Shown here: one piece after another, positions 38,134-50,483 of the stretch | Position numbering within the stretch: the stretch's first letter is position 1 | Layout: every line of letters starts with the position of its first letter | DNA from: Gammaproteobacteria bacterium | GTDB taxonomy: Bacteria; Pseudomonadota; Gammaproteobacteria; GCA-002705445; GCA-002716945 | NCBI GenBank assembly: GCA_038142325.1 | Contig: JAYQJW010000002.1 | Coordinates: 651,328 to 715,327, forward strand | Length of the DNA: 64,000 bases | Reading direction: 5' to 3' | Notes under the pieces: generated by a model | The model's database searches: none | What the model was told of the DNA's origin: nothing | The model's input: the letters and a program-made list of their open reading frames with translations, nothing else | Made by a program: the position numbers and the translations under genes

Positions 38134-40916
38134 TTATGATTGAGTTGCCAATTCTAGAGCATCTTCCACATTTACAGATACAAGTTTTGACACACCCGCT
38201 TCTCTCATTGTAACGCCAGAAAGTACATCGGCAATTTGCATTGTTGATTTATTATGTGTGATAAATATAAACTGAACTGACTCAGACATTTCTTTGACTA
38301 CATTACAGAATCGTTCATTGTTAGCTTCATCAAGTGGAGCATCAACCTCGTCTAACAAACAAAATGGTGCTGGGTTTATTTTAAATATAGAGAAAACAAA
38401 AGCTATTCCTGTTCCGGCTTTTTCTCCTCCAGATAATAGATTAAGATTTTTAACGAGTTTTCCGGGAGGTTTTGCCATTATATTTACTCCAGTATTAAGT
38501 AAATCATTATCAGTAAGCTCTAGAAAAGCTTTGCCACCACCAAAGATTTTAGGGAAAAAATATTCAAGATTACCGTTAATTGAATCGAATGTTTCCTTGA
38601 ATTTAGTTTTTGTTTCAAGATCAATTTTTTTAATTGCAGCTTCAAGTGTATCTATTGATTTTGTTAAATCATCAAACTGTCTATCAAGATAACTTTTACG
38701 CTCTTCATTTTCTTTTAATTCATCTATTGCAGCAAGATTTATAGCTCCAAGTTTTTCAATCTTAGCTCTTGTTTTCTCTAGAGCTTCTTCATCATCTTTT
38801 AAAGGCGTTTCATCAATATTTTTTATAGCATTTAATATTACATCTTTGTTAAAGTCAGAATTATCAAATAAAGAACTTTTGTTAGTTTTAATTTCCGTTA
38901 TTTCTATTTTGTTATTATTTATATCAGAATTAAGTTCATTTAAATTCAAAGATAATTCACGTAATTGTTCATCGATATTACGAATATCATTATCTAATGA
39001 GGATATTTTATCTTGAATATTTGCAAGTTGATTATCCTTGTCCCGTTTTTTATCAATTAAAGCATTTAATTTATTTTTACCCTCTACTTTTGTAGGTTGC
39101 TTAACATCAGATAGTAAATCTTGTTTTTTTATTGAAAGAACACTCATGTTTGCTTTTAATTTGCTCAAAGTCTCTTCTTGTGAAACAATTTGGGTTTTGA
39201 GTGTCGAAGAAGTAACATTATTTACATTTAAATTTTCAGCTGCTTCATTATATTGCCAGTTATACTTATCATGAGATTGTTTTAAATCAATCTTTTCTTT
39301 TTCAAGTTTATTTTTATATATTTCATAATCTTTCTGTTTTTGTTCATACTGAATAAGATTAGACTCAGATTTATTAACTTTATCTTGATAACTTTTAATA
39401 TTTCTCTCAATTTCATTGACTTGGTCAACCACTGATTTATTATTTTCTTTAATTTTTATAGTAATTTTTTTAAATAAATCAATTAAATTATTAAGAGATG
39501 CTGTTAGTGATTTTTTTGTTCAGAAGGTAAATCTGGTAAGTGCCTCTCATAATCAATTTTAAAATTAATCAATTGTGACTGATAAGATTCAGATAGCTCT
39601 AAAAGTTCTGCTTGAATAGTTAAATCATTTTTATTTTGAGATGATTCAATAAGCTTGTTTAATCTTTTCTCTAAATTGAAAATATTTTCGAGATATGATT
39701 CTATTTTTGATTTTTCAAGCTCAATCTCTTTATCTAATTCAATTTTTTCAGACAAAAATTTATTAAAATTAGACTGCCAGTTTTGAAGAGAAAAAGAAGA
39801 TTCTTTGATATTTTTATTAATTTCATCAACTTTGATTTGAAGATTGTCTTTCTCTTTTATGCTTTTAGTTAATAGTTGATTATCTGATTCTATCTTATTA
39901 ATTATAGAATTGATTTCATCTTCTGTTTTTTTTATATCAGAATTAATTTCATTAATATTATCTTTTTTGCTAGTTTGAATTTGTTCAGTGTATTCTATAT
40001 CTTTCTCAGCTTTTGCTATTTCTGCTGCCACTTGAAATGATTCAGATTGCACCTTATTGAATATCTCTTGTTGATCATCTCGTGATAATTTAAGACTATC
40101 TATTTTTCTATTATATCCAGTTTCTTGAGCATCATACTTGTCTTTTTTTAGAAGTAGTTCTTTTTCTTTTTTATGTGATTTATTAAGTAACTCATCAAAC
40201 TGCATTATTTTTTTACTAATTATTTTAATTTTATATTCTTCTTCTTGGTCTTTATAATTTTTATATAACTCAGCATCATTTGCTTGTTTTTGTAGCTTAG
40301 TAAGAGATAAATTTATTTCTCGCATAATATCTTTTAGCCTACTGAGGTTTTCTGATGTGTGTTTAAGTCTAAGTTCTGTTTCTCTTCGTTTTTCCTTGTA
40401 TTTACTTATACCTGCAGCTTCTTCTAAATATGTTCTAAGCTCCTCAGGTTTTGAATCAATTATCTTTGATATCATGCCTTGCTCGATTATCGCGTAACTT
40501 CTTGGCCCTAAACCAGTACCAAGAAACACCTCTCTAATATCTTTTCGTCTGCACCTAGTGTTATTTAGAAAATAACTTGACGTTCCATCTCTATTAGCTT
40601 CTCTTCTTATTAAAATTTCATTAAATTTGGCAAATTTGGAATCTAACTTATTCAGAGAATTATCAAATAATAATTCAATACTTGCATGACTGACTTCAGA
40701 GCGAGATGATGAACCAGAGAATATGACATCATCCATTGTATCACCTCTAAGGTTACGTGCTGAAGATTCTCCCATAACCCATCTAATTGCATCAATAATA
40801 TTAGACTTACCGCATCCGTTTGGGCCAACAATACCGGTCAAATTACTGGGAAAATTTAATGAGGTAGAATCAACGAATGTTTTAAAGCCTGATAATTTAA
40901 TTCTAGATAGTCTCAT
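38134..40916 (-). CDS. smc: Chromosome segregation ATPase SMC, ~927 aa, no hinge domain (indel in the A7 run at 39511-39517)
   Basis: GPNGCGKSN, IIEQG, EEAAGISKY, LGAINLAA, LSGGE, LLDEVDAPLD, ITH. Adding one A joins both ORFs. Confidence 0.93.
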
Positions 40917-40980
40917 TTAATAATTTTAAATTATAATATGATATCTTGTATTATACTATAAGGATTAATCCTTTGTTCAT

Positions 40981-41349
40981 ATGAAAGATATTTTAGAAAC
41001 TTTTGACAATCCACAGATAAAAGATGACTATTTAATCAAGATGGATATACCCGAATTTACCTGTATATGTCCACTAACATCGCAACCAGACTTTGCAGAA
41101 TTTAATTTAAAATATGTCCCTGATAAACTATGTGTAGAGCTAAAATCGCTTAAACTATATATGGGTTCTTACAGAGAAATCGGCGCTTTTCATGAAGACG
41201 TTACAAATCAAATATTTCAAGATCTATTTAGACTAATCAAACCAAGATTTATGAGTCTTTATGCACACTGGAAAGTTAGGGGTGGAATTACGACCTATGT
41301 TGAAGTAAAAAAAACTAAAACAGGATGGAAAAATAAAAATAATTATTAG
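40981..41349 (+). CDS. queF: preQ1 synthase, short single-domain type
   Basis: PEFTCICPLTSQPDFA, VELKSLKLY, FHE, RGGI. The true stop is probably ~41336 if an A is missing. Confidence 0.93.
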   Translation: MKDILETFDNPQIKDDYLIKMDIPEFTCICPLTSQPDFAEFNLKYVPDKLCVELKSLKLYMGSYREIGAFHEDVTNQIFQDLFRLIKPRFMSLYAHWKVRGGITTYVEVKKTKTGWKNKNNY

Positions 41350-42157
41350 AGCAATTCTGCTAATACTAATTTGTTTTCCATGGTTAAATAATCATGCAAG
41401 CTCACAAGCTTTTAATGGTGGGGTGGTACTAATTCCCTTGAAAAAAAGTGAATTGAATTATAATTTCTCATATAACAATACCCCTGTCTCAAAAGTTAAA
41501 CAAAATGGGAGTGAATTCATTCTTTTTGGAATACCATATAATACTAATGATGGGCTTAATAAATTTGTTCTCAAGTCAAATGGATATGAAAAATTATTTG
41601 ATGTAAATGTGCAACGAAAAAATTATTTGTCACAAAATATTAATATTAATAAATTTAAAAAAAAATCTAAAGATGAGTTGGACAGAATCTATAAAGAGAA
41701 GTTGGAGATGATAGAAGCTAAAAAAAATCGATATAATAATTATCCGGATTTTAATTTTATAAAACCTTTAGATGGCATAGTCACTGGCGTCTTTGGAACA
41801 CAAAGGTTTTATAATGGAAAGAAAGGAAAATTTCATAACGGACATGATTTAGCTGCTCCAATAGGTACCCCCATAAAGGCACCATCGGGTGGCAAGGTTA
41901 TACTTACAGGGCATTATTATTATAACGGCAAATTCGTAATGTTAGATCATGGAAATGGCCTTGTGAGCATATTTCTTCATATGGATGATATTCATGTATC
42001 AAAAGGAAATGTTATTAAAAAAAATCATATTATAGGGACTGTTGGAAATACCGGATTGTCAACTGGACCACATTTACATTGGTCAGTGATGGTTAACAAT
42101 GTATATGTTGATCCATTAGAATTTATTAATAAACCTATGTCCAAACTTGATAATTAG
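41325..42157 (+). CDS. M23 family metallopeptidase with signal peptide
   Basis: HNGHD, GNTGLSTGPHLHW. One added A at 41329-41333 gives the start MEKIKIIIRAILLILICF. Confidence 0.88.
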
Positions 42158-42204
42158 GGCATATAATTAGATAATATCAAAACACAACAAAGGAGGGGTA
42201 TAAA

Positions 42205-42477
42205 ATGCCACAATATGTAATAGAAAGAGAAATAGCTGGAGCAGGTGATTTAACTGCGGACGACTTAAAAGGTATTTCACAAAAATCATGCGGTATCCTA
42301 AAAGATATGGGTACAGGTATTGAGTGGGTTCAAAGCTATGTAACAGGAGACAAAGTCTACTGTGTATACAATGCTGATAATGAACAACTGATTAAAGATC
42401 ATGCAAACACTGGCGGATTTCCAGCAAATAGTATCTCAGAAGTTAAAAATATTATTAGCCCTAAAACAGCTGAATAA
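42205..42477 (+). CDS. DUF4242 family protein
   Basis: YVIERE, WVQSYVT.DKVYCVY, HA..GGFPAN.I; strong SD AGGAGG. Confidence 0.85.
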   Translation: MPQYVIEREIAGAGDLTADDLKGISQKSCGILKDMGTGIEWVQSYVTGDKVYCVYNADNEQLIKDHANTGGFPANSISEVKNIISPKTAE

Positions 42478-42485
42478 TAAGTAAA

Positions 42486-43803
42486 TTAAGAACCCATTTG
42501 ATATGGGTTCTTTTCTTTTTTAAAAATTAGTCTTATAGGTATTCCAGACAACCCTAGTTGATCAGAAAAATAATTTACTAGATATTTTCTGTATGAATCT
42601 GGTATTTTATCAGTTTGATTACCATGTATTGAAATTGATAAATCTGAACTTTTATTTTGTCTAGCAAACTTTAGTTTAATAAGTCTATTAAGACTATTTT
42701 TGATTGGATGCTTATTACAGGCATCATTAAGGATTTTAGTTAATTTAGAAGCTTTGTATTGTTTATTGAGGTTCAGAGCAAGATTATTTATTGTAAATAA
42801 TAATTTTCTGATATTTCTATTTTCAAGAGCAGATAGGTATATTATTTTAGTGCCAAATAAAATATTTGAAAAATAATCTATACTACTTTTCAAAATCTTA
42901 AGTTCATCTTTAGTAATTAAATCTATTTTATTAATTACAAGAATAAATGGTTTATGATTATCTTTGATAATATTGAAGATTGATTTATCTTGTTTAGTAA
43001 CAAAATCTTTTGCAGATATAACTAAAATACATATGTTAGATTCAGAAATAGATTGTAATGACATATTAATAGAATATTTATCAATCAAATCTTTTGTTGA
43101 TGATTTTTTCATTATTCCAGCAGTATCATAGATCAAATAATTATTTCCTTTGAATGAGAAAGGAATTTCAAGAGAATCTACTGTTGTTCCAGGAGTTTCA
43201 GAAGTAATTGATCTATTCTGGTTCAAAATGCTATTAATAAGAGTTGATTTACCAACATTAGGCTTTCCTATAAAGGCAATTCTTTTGCTTAACTTTGGAG
43301 TATAAATGTCCGTACAACAGGATTGAAATAATTTTCCCACAAGATTCGCTAGTCCTTTATTAGTCTTCGCTGAAACTTCATATACATCAGAAAATCCTAA
43401 TTCAGAGAATTCATATTTTTTGAGAAGTGATTTTTGTTTATCACACTTATTGATGACAAGTAGAATATTTTTATTAAGTTTTCCTTAAAAAGGAGCAAAT
43501 TTTATGATCACTTGCTGTTAATCCATCTTCAATAGATGTTACAAAAAGTATCATAGATGATTTATCAATAGCCGAAATGGTTTTTTCATATGATAGCTGA
43601 GAGAACTCCTTGTCGTTGGAATCAATGCCTGCAGTATCAAATATATTAAGATATTTGTCTTCATAGAGAATTTTACCTTGATTAACATCTCTTGTGACAC
43701 CATGCTTATTTAGTACAATGGAGTTCTTGAACTGTGTAAGTTTATTAAATAGCAATGATTTGCCAACATTAGTTCTACCAACAAGACTTACAAAATCTGG
43801 CAT
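42486..43803 (-). CDS. der: Ribosome biogenesis GTPase Der (indel near 43480)
   Basis: Two G domains (GRTNVGKS, GKPNVGKST, DTAG twice) and the C-terminal KH-like domain. Confidence 0.93.
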
Positions 43804-43806
43804 TTT

Positions 43807-45065
43807 CTATATTGTAATTTGAAGACAGACTATTTTTCCATTTTCTGATTGAAAATAGACTTTATTTTTATTAGTAGTGAATTGGGTTTGATGGTTAATA
43901 TCTAACCCGATATCTTTTTCAAATAATATAGATCCATTCTCTAAATCATGTCCTATGAGTAAACCAGAAGTAGTAAAGACCATAGCAATATTATTAATGA
44001 TAAAAGGTTCAGTAATAGTATCATTAACTTCTTGCTTCCAATTCAAAAAACCAGATGTTTTATCCAAGGATATAAGCATATTATCAGTGGTTGATCCAAT
44101 GATAGAGTTGGAAGTTAGACTGATATTACTTGCTATAGAAAATGGACTTGACCATATAATTTTTCCAGAATTTTTATCTAATGAAACTAGATTTCCCTGA
44201 AAATGACCATAATATAATTTATCTCTTTCTACCCTAATATCCATTTCTGCATCTCTTTGCGACTCGAGATCATTTCTACCTGAACGTGATGATGTAATAG
44301 TAAACCAATTTAATGCGCCATTAACTTTATTGTAAGAGGCAATTGACCCATTGTCTCTTGCAATAAAAACATTATCTTCATGTATTAACGGCATTGAGGA
44401 TCCTTTAGTTCTAAGAGGAATATTACGACTTTCGCTTTTCCATATAATATCTTGACTAACTGGATCAATAAGATATAAATCATCATTGTCTAGTTTAAGT
44501 AAAAATAAATTATTTATAGATAATATTGGCGATGCTAACTCTGTAACAAGATTAATGTCAATATCAGCTCCATATTCAGAAAATGTAGCAATGTTTTGTA
44601 TATTTGATACAAGAGGAATATGCTTATTGCTAGCTAAATTTGGTAATTCATAACATAATAGTTTTGCATTAATTGTCCCTATACAAGCTTTATTATCCAC
44701 AATACTAATACCTGAGCTAACATCATAGTTTGTTGGAACTTGCCATAAAATATCACCATCCTCAGTCGAAAGAGCTGATAGCATTCCATCATTATCAACG
44801 GTGTATATGGTATTATTAATTTTTTTATTCTTAAATAACCTGTATTACCATCAGGTGCACTATTGACAGATGTTGACCAAAGAATATTTGATTTGATATT
44901 CATGTTTTTGACCGGTAATGCGTTCACAGAATTGATGGTATCAATTTTCTCGCTTTCTTTAGTTTTTTTATGGATTCCTTTATCAAGATGCCAAGTTAAC
45001 AGATTTGAACATGATGAAATAACTATTGTGATAAATAGTAGTATATGAAATTTAAATGCAATCAT
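43807..45065 (-). CDS. bamB: Outer-membrane assembly lipoprotein BamB-like (indel near 44820)
   Basis: Lipobox ISSC, PQQ-type beta-propeller repeats; lies between yfgM and der. Confidence 0.82.
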
Positions 45066-45652
45066 TTAACAAGGTTGATTTTAGCTAGAATATTTTTTCT
45101 TTCATTTGGAGTAATTTCAAAAGCTAAGACTTGATTATAATGATTTAAGGCTTCATTCTTATTATTTTGTAAAAGATATATATCACCTCTAAGCTCAATG
45201 TGTTGATAGTTATCTAAGCTAGTTAAAATATTGAGAGCAGTAGAATAATCACTTTGTTCAATTAATATTTTTGCTTTTCTATATTTAGCTAAGTTTATGA
45301 TATCACTATCTGAAGTATTAGAAATAATATGGTCAAGAAATATATAAGCTTCATCAAGTTTGTTGTCTGAATACATAGCTTTTGCAGAGTACAAATTTGC
45401 TAATGCTGTGTAAATATTTTCTGGATTATCAGTCATATTCATTTTTGCATATTCAATAATTTGATCTGTTTTGCCTTTTTGAAAATTATTAACTGCTATA
45501 TCAAATTGACGAGATAACTCTAGCTGTGCGCTATTTTGACTTGATAATAATGATTTATATCCAAATAAAATTGATAAACCAAGAAAAAGGCCTAACAATA
45601 ATCCCTTATAGTTATCCTCTAACCAACTTATAGCCTTTTGTTCATCACTCAT
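45062..45652 (-). CDS. YfgM-like TPR membrane protein
   Basis: N-terminal TM helix, ELRGDIY TPR motif; follows hisS. Confidence 0.85.
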   Translation of the reverse strand: MSDEQKAISWLEDNYKGLLLGLFLGLSILFGYKSLLSSQNSAQLELSRQFDIAVNNFQKGKTDQIIEYAKMNMTDNPENIYTALANLYSAKAMYSDNKLDEAYIFLDHIISNTSDSDIINLAKYRKAKILIEQSDYSTALNILTSLDNYQHIELRGDIYLLQNNKNEALNHYNQVLAFEITPNERKNILAKINLVK

Positions 45653-46915
45653 CTAAGTACCCACTTATGAAATTTGTAAAGTTATCAAGATCTATGATTT
45701 TATCATCTTGATTGCTTTTCAAATATTTAATAGTCAGAGTATTATTACGTATTTCATCTTCACCCACAATAACTAAAATGTCACAATTATTTTTAACTGC
45801 ATTTTTAATTTGTTTTGATAGAGATTTATTATTATCCATTTGAATAAGTCGAAAGATAGTTTTACTATTTCTTAAAATAGAAGAATATTTTAAAAGATCT
45901 TTCAGAAGAAGTTGGATAAAACTGCAATACCAACAACAAGCTCCTTATCTTCATAATCAAGCAATTCAACTATACGATCGATACCCATTGCAAATCCAAC
46001 TGCAGGAATTTCTTTTCCTCCTATAATTTTGGATAGGATATCGTATCTACCTCCTGCGCAAATGGCATCTTGTGAACCAAGCTTATTAGTTTTCCATTCA
46101 AAAACTAAATCATTATAGTAATCTAAGCCTCTAACTAATTTTGAATTATTAATAAATTTAATACCAATATTGGTCAGACTGTTTAATATTTCCTCATGTC
46201 TTTTTTTTGAATTAGTATTAATATAATCATGTATAACTGGTGCTGATTCAATAATATCTTTTAACTTATCGTCTTTTGAATCTAACAGTCTTATTGGATT
46301 TTTTTGAATTGTTTTCTCATGTTTATCTGATAAATCTTTTTTGTAGCTATTAAAATAATCTTGCAAGACTTTTGAATATTTTTCTCTATCAGATACTGAT
46401 CCCAGGGTATTAATATGAAGGCTTAGGTCTGTTAATTTTATACGATTAAAAAATTCGCGGGACATTGAAATTATATCGATATCATTATGAATCGTATTGT
46501 CACCCATAAACTCAACTCCAAACTGTATAAACTGTCTATATCTACCTTTTTGTGGTCTTTCGTGCCTGAACATAGGCGCATAATAATAAAGGCGATTTTT
46601 TTTAATACCTCTGTCGTAAATTAAGTTATTTTCAAAAGCAAGTCTCATACATGATGCAGTACCCTCTGGTGTTAAACAAAGTTCATCATCATTTCTATCT
46701 TTGAAGGAATACATTTCTTTTGTAACAATATCTGAGGTTTCACCGATAGATCTTTTAAATAGATTAATTGATTCTAAAGATGGAATTTTGACATGATTAG
46801 TATTAAATAAAGTGCATATATCACGAATTTTTTTTTCAATAAAAAGAAATTTTTTAGATTCTTCTGGCAGAATATCACGGAAGCCTCTAATTTTTTTTGA
46901 GATCAATTGATCCAT
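45645..46915 (-). CDS. hisS: Histidine--tRNA ligase (indel near 45910)
   Basis: RGFRDILP, PEGTA, FRHERPQKGRYRQF, LVRGLDYY, AGGRYD. Confidence 0.96.
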
Positions 46916-46916
46916 G

Positions 46917-47316
46917 CTAACCAAATATTATTGATATTTCTTTGCTCGCATTTTCATCTGAATCAGAGCCGTGGACTGAGTTATATGACTTATCAATTGC
47001 ATATAGTTTTCTTATTGTTCCCTCATCAGCTGTTTGAGGATCAGTAGAACCTATTAAGTTTCTATATGATGTAACCGCATCATTTTTTTCTAGAACCAAT
47101 GCAACAATTTTCCCTGAGGTCATATATTTGATAAGTTTTTCAAAAAAGGGTTTACCTTGATGACAAGCATAGAACTTTTTTGGCCGCAGGAACTGTCATT
47201 TTCATCAACTTCATATCTTTGATTGTGAAACCATCATTTTCAATAACCGTAATTATATTACCAATCAAATTTCTCTCTACAGCATCTGGCTTGATTAGTG
47301 CTAATGTTTGATCCAT
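46917..47316 (-). CDS. ndk: Nucleoside diphosphate kinase (indel near 47180)
   Basis: [13 protein letters not shown] at the 5' end; GTIR, NSVHGSDS. Confidence 0.95.
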
Positions 47317-47519
47317 TATTCTATCTCTTCAATCCAATTCATCTGAATTGCTTCAAGTATTTTTTCATTAGAATTATCAGGTTCGTCATCAAATGAGTCG
47401 AGTTCACATATCCATTTATGCAAATCGGTAAAACGGACGTATTTAGGATCCGTATCAGGAAATTTTTCAGCAAGTTCAATTGCAATATCAAGGCTATCTG
47501 TCCACTTTAAAGACATCAA
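47316..47519 (-). CDS. iscX: Fe-S assembly protein IscX
   Basis: [29 protein letters not shown]. Confidence 0.95.
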   Translation of the reverse strand: MMSLKWTDSLDIAIELAEKFPDTDPKYVRFTDLHKWICELDSFDDEPDNSNEKILEAIQMNWIEEIE

Positions 47520-47854
47520 TGATTCTCCGATGCATGATTAATTGTATATTTAGGAATCTCAACCACCAAATCTTGATCTGATACTTTAGCTTGACAACTA
47601 AGGCGCGATTCTGGTTTTAAACCCCAAGCTTTATCAAGATAATCATCTTCATCATCTGTAGGTGGATCAATTGAATCATAACCTGAATTGATGTATACGT
47701 GACATGTAGTGCAAGCGCATGACATCTCGCACGCATGCTCTAATTTAATATTATTATCTAGTGCAATCTTACAGATAGTTTCACCTGGATTTGCAGTGAT
47801 TGTTATTCCATTTGGACATAAATCTGGATTTGGTAAGAAAGTAATCTTTGGCAT
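47516..47854 (-). CDS. fdx: ISC 2Fe-2S ferredoxin
   Basis: [28 protein letters not shown]. Confidence 0.96.
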   Translation of the reverse strand: MPKITFLPNPDLCPNGITITANPGETICKIALDNNIKLEHACEMSCACTTCHVYINSGYDSIDPPTDDEDDYLDKAWGLKPESRLSCQAKVSDQDLVVEIPKYTINHASENH

Positions 47855-47856
47855 AT

Positions 47857-49668
47857 TTAAATTATATCATTAATATCTTTACCTGTAATGAGTGACTTAA
47901 TGCTACTGTTCATTCTTCTCTCCACATAAAACTCACAAGTATTCTCGAGATTTTCGATAGAGTTTTTAATTACATCAACTTCTTTAGAGATTATTGCATT
48001 TTTTAATTCTAAAATTGATTTATTTATTCTATCTAAGTTCTGTCTCACTAAGGAGTTGATTACCATCTGACTTAATTGCTTCATTTATAGCATAGATAGT
48101 TCTTTCTGCTTCGACAACATACTCTTGTAGTAATCTAAAATTCTTATCATTCTCCGCTAACGCATTGGATGAATCTAACATTTCTTTTATTTTTTCAGGT
48201 GAGAGGCCATGAGATGGTTTAATTTCAATTGAAGTTTCTTTATCCACAGTTTTCTCTCTAGCACTTACTGTAAGCAGTCCATCAGCATCGACTTGAAATT
48301 TCACAACTATTCTGGCTCCCCCCGCAACCAAAGGGGGTATATCTGTGAGAATAAATTGACCTAAATTTATACATTTAGACACATCCTCTCTTTCGCCCTG
48401 GACTATGTTGATCATCATTTTTGTTTGTCCATCTTTGAATGTAGTAAATGTTTTTTCTGATGATGTTGGTATTGGAGTGTTGCGTGGTATTACTTTTTCA
48501 GATAGTCCTCCATATGTTTCCACGCCCAAAGACAAAGGTAGTACATCTAGAAGAAGCATATCATCTTTAGAGTTGCCTGAGAGTACTTCAGCTTGAATAG
48601 CAGCGCCAGCTGCGACAACTGTATCAGGATTTAGATGATCAAGAATTTCAACATCATAGATTTTATTAAGTGTTTCTTTAATTATTCTCATACGTGTTGA
48701 ACCACCAACTAGAATGATGTTATTTATATTATTATATTCAATGGATGAGTCTTGAATTACTTCATCAAATATTTTTATAGTTTTATCTATTAATGGCGTT
48801 ATCAGTTTATTGAAGTCATTTAAAGTAAGTGAAATATCATAATTCTTCATTTTTAGCTAAATCAGAATTAGATAATTGATGTTTTAGATCTTTTGCTATC
48901 TTAAGTTTTTCATTTTGCACTAATCAATTTAGCTTTTTCAAAGTTTTTAGATATATACTCACTTATAATAATATCAAAATCATCACCGCCTAAATGAGTA
49001 TCACCTTTTGTAGATAAAACTTTAAATATACCCTTATCAATTGATAGTAGAGAAACATCAAATGTCCCGCCACCCAAATCATAAACAATATAATTACCTG
49101 ATTTTTTATCATCAATACCATATGCAATAGCTGCAGCAGTTGGTTCACTTATTAAACGTAAAAGTGTAATGTTCGCCATCTGAGCAGCAAGTTTTGTAGC
49201 CTGTCTTTGCATATCATTAAAGTATGCTGGGACTGTTATTACCGCAGAATCTATATTTTTATTTTTATTATTTTTTGCAATATCAGCAAGCTTTAAAAGA
49301 ATTATTGAAGACAGCTCGATGGCAGAATATTTTTTTTCACCAAACTTAATTAATGGTAAATTATCATCCAAATCTAAGTCTAAATTTTGAAAACTATATT
49401 TGGATATATCGCTTGATGTTAAGCCCATCAACCTTTTAATAGATAATATTTGTTCTGAATCACTATTATTTTCTCCAACTACCAAACCATTGTCTGATTG
49501 TGTCAATACAGATGGTAATATTTTTGAATTATCATTGAGAAAAAATGTTATTTCATTATTTACACTTTCTGCAATAAGAGAGTTTGTGGTGCCTAGGTCA
49601 ATACCTACAGAAAATTTTTTTTCTACAGTAATATTATCATTGGGATCAGATATTTGTATTAATGCCAT
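47857..49668 (-). CDS. hscA: Fe-S chaperone HscA (several indels)
   Basis: [43 protein letters not shown]. Confidence 0.94.
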
Positions 49669-49677
49669 TTTGTTAAC

Positions 49678-50160
49678 TTAAATTTGAAATGCTTTTTTAT
49701 AAAATTTAACCATAGAAATGTTTTCATGAAGTATATCAAATTTTTTATCAGATAAATTCTTTTCCATTTCAGATATTAATTGTTTAATTTTAATTACTAA
49801 TTCTTCTTTAATTTGAGCATGCTCAGTGGATTTACATTGCGTGATTTTTTCAGATAATTCTATTTGCATAGTTAAAAAGTCAGTATTCTTAAATGTTTTA
49901 TTTTCATCAACATTATAATTATTTATTTTAAGTATATAATCTACACGTAATACGAGATCTTTAAGTGTATTATAAGCATCATTTATATAAGTTGAGTTTC
50001 TAGTCGCAAGACTTTTCTCCATGTTAGATGAATTGATAAATTTATCTGGATGAAACTTAGCTTGAAGTATTAGATATTTTTTATTCAGTTCTTCAAGTTC
50101 AATTGATACTTCTATATTTAAACCGAATAGTTCAAAATAATTTAGATTTAAGGTAGACAT
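49678..50160 (-). CDS. hscB: Co-chaperone HscB
   Basis: NYFELFGL, HPD J-domain motif, INDAYNTLKD. Confidence 0.93.
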   Translation of the reverse strand: MSTLNLNYFELFGLNIEVSIELEELNKKYLILQAKFHPDKFINSSNMEKSLATRNSTYINDAYNTLKDLVLRVDYILKINNYNVDENKTFKNTDFLTMQIELSEKITQCKSTEHAQIKEELVIKIKQLISEMEKNLSDKKFDILHENISMVKFYKKAFQI

Positions 50161-50480
50161 TAAACATTGAAGCTTTCGCCACAGCCGCATGTATCCTTAA
50201 CATTAGGATTAATAAATTTAAAGCCCTCATTGATGCCTTCTTTTGCAAAGTCGACTTGAGTGCCTTTTAGATAAACATAGCTTTTAGGGTTAATAATTAG
50301 TTTAATACCTTTGTCTTCAAAAACATTGTCATCATCGTTTTCATTATCTGCAAACTCAATTACGTAGGCCAAACCTGAACATCCAGTTGTTTTAACACCC
50401 AATCTTATACCAATTCCTTTACCTCTTTGTTGAAGCTGAGATTTAATATGGTCTGCTGCCTTTTCAGTAACACTAATCAT
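50160..50480 (-). CDS. iscA: Fe-S assembly protein IscA
   Basis: [16 protein letters not shown]. Confidence 0.96.
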   Translation of the reverse strand: MISVTEKAADHIKSQLQQRGKGIGIRLGVKTTGCSGLAYVIEFADNENDDDNVFEDKGIKLIINPKSYVYLKGTQVDFAKEGINEGFKFINPNVKDTCGCGESFNV

Positions 50481-50483
50481 TTT

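Noticed and set aside
38134-40916. RecN, SbcC or Wadjet JetC instead of SMC
   Set aside because: Head motifs (GPNGCGKSN, EEAAGISKY, PFCLLDEVDAPLD) and the queF/ligA context are those of canonical smc; no jet or sbcD neighbours.
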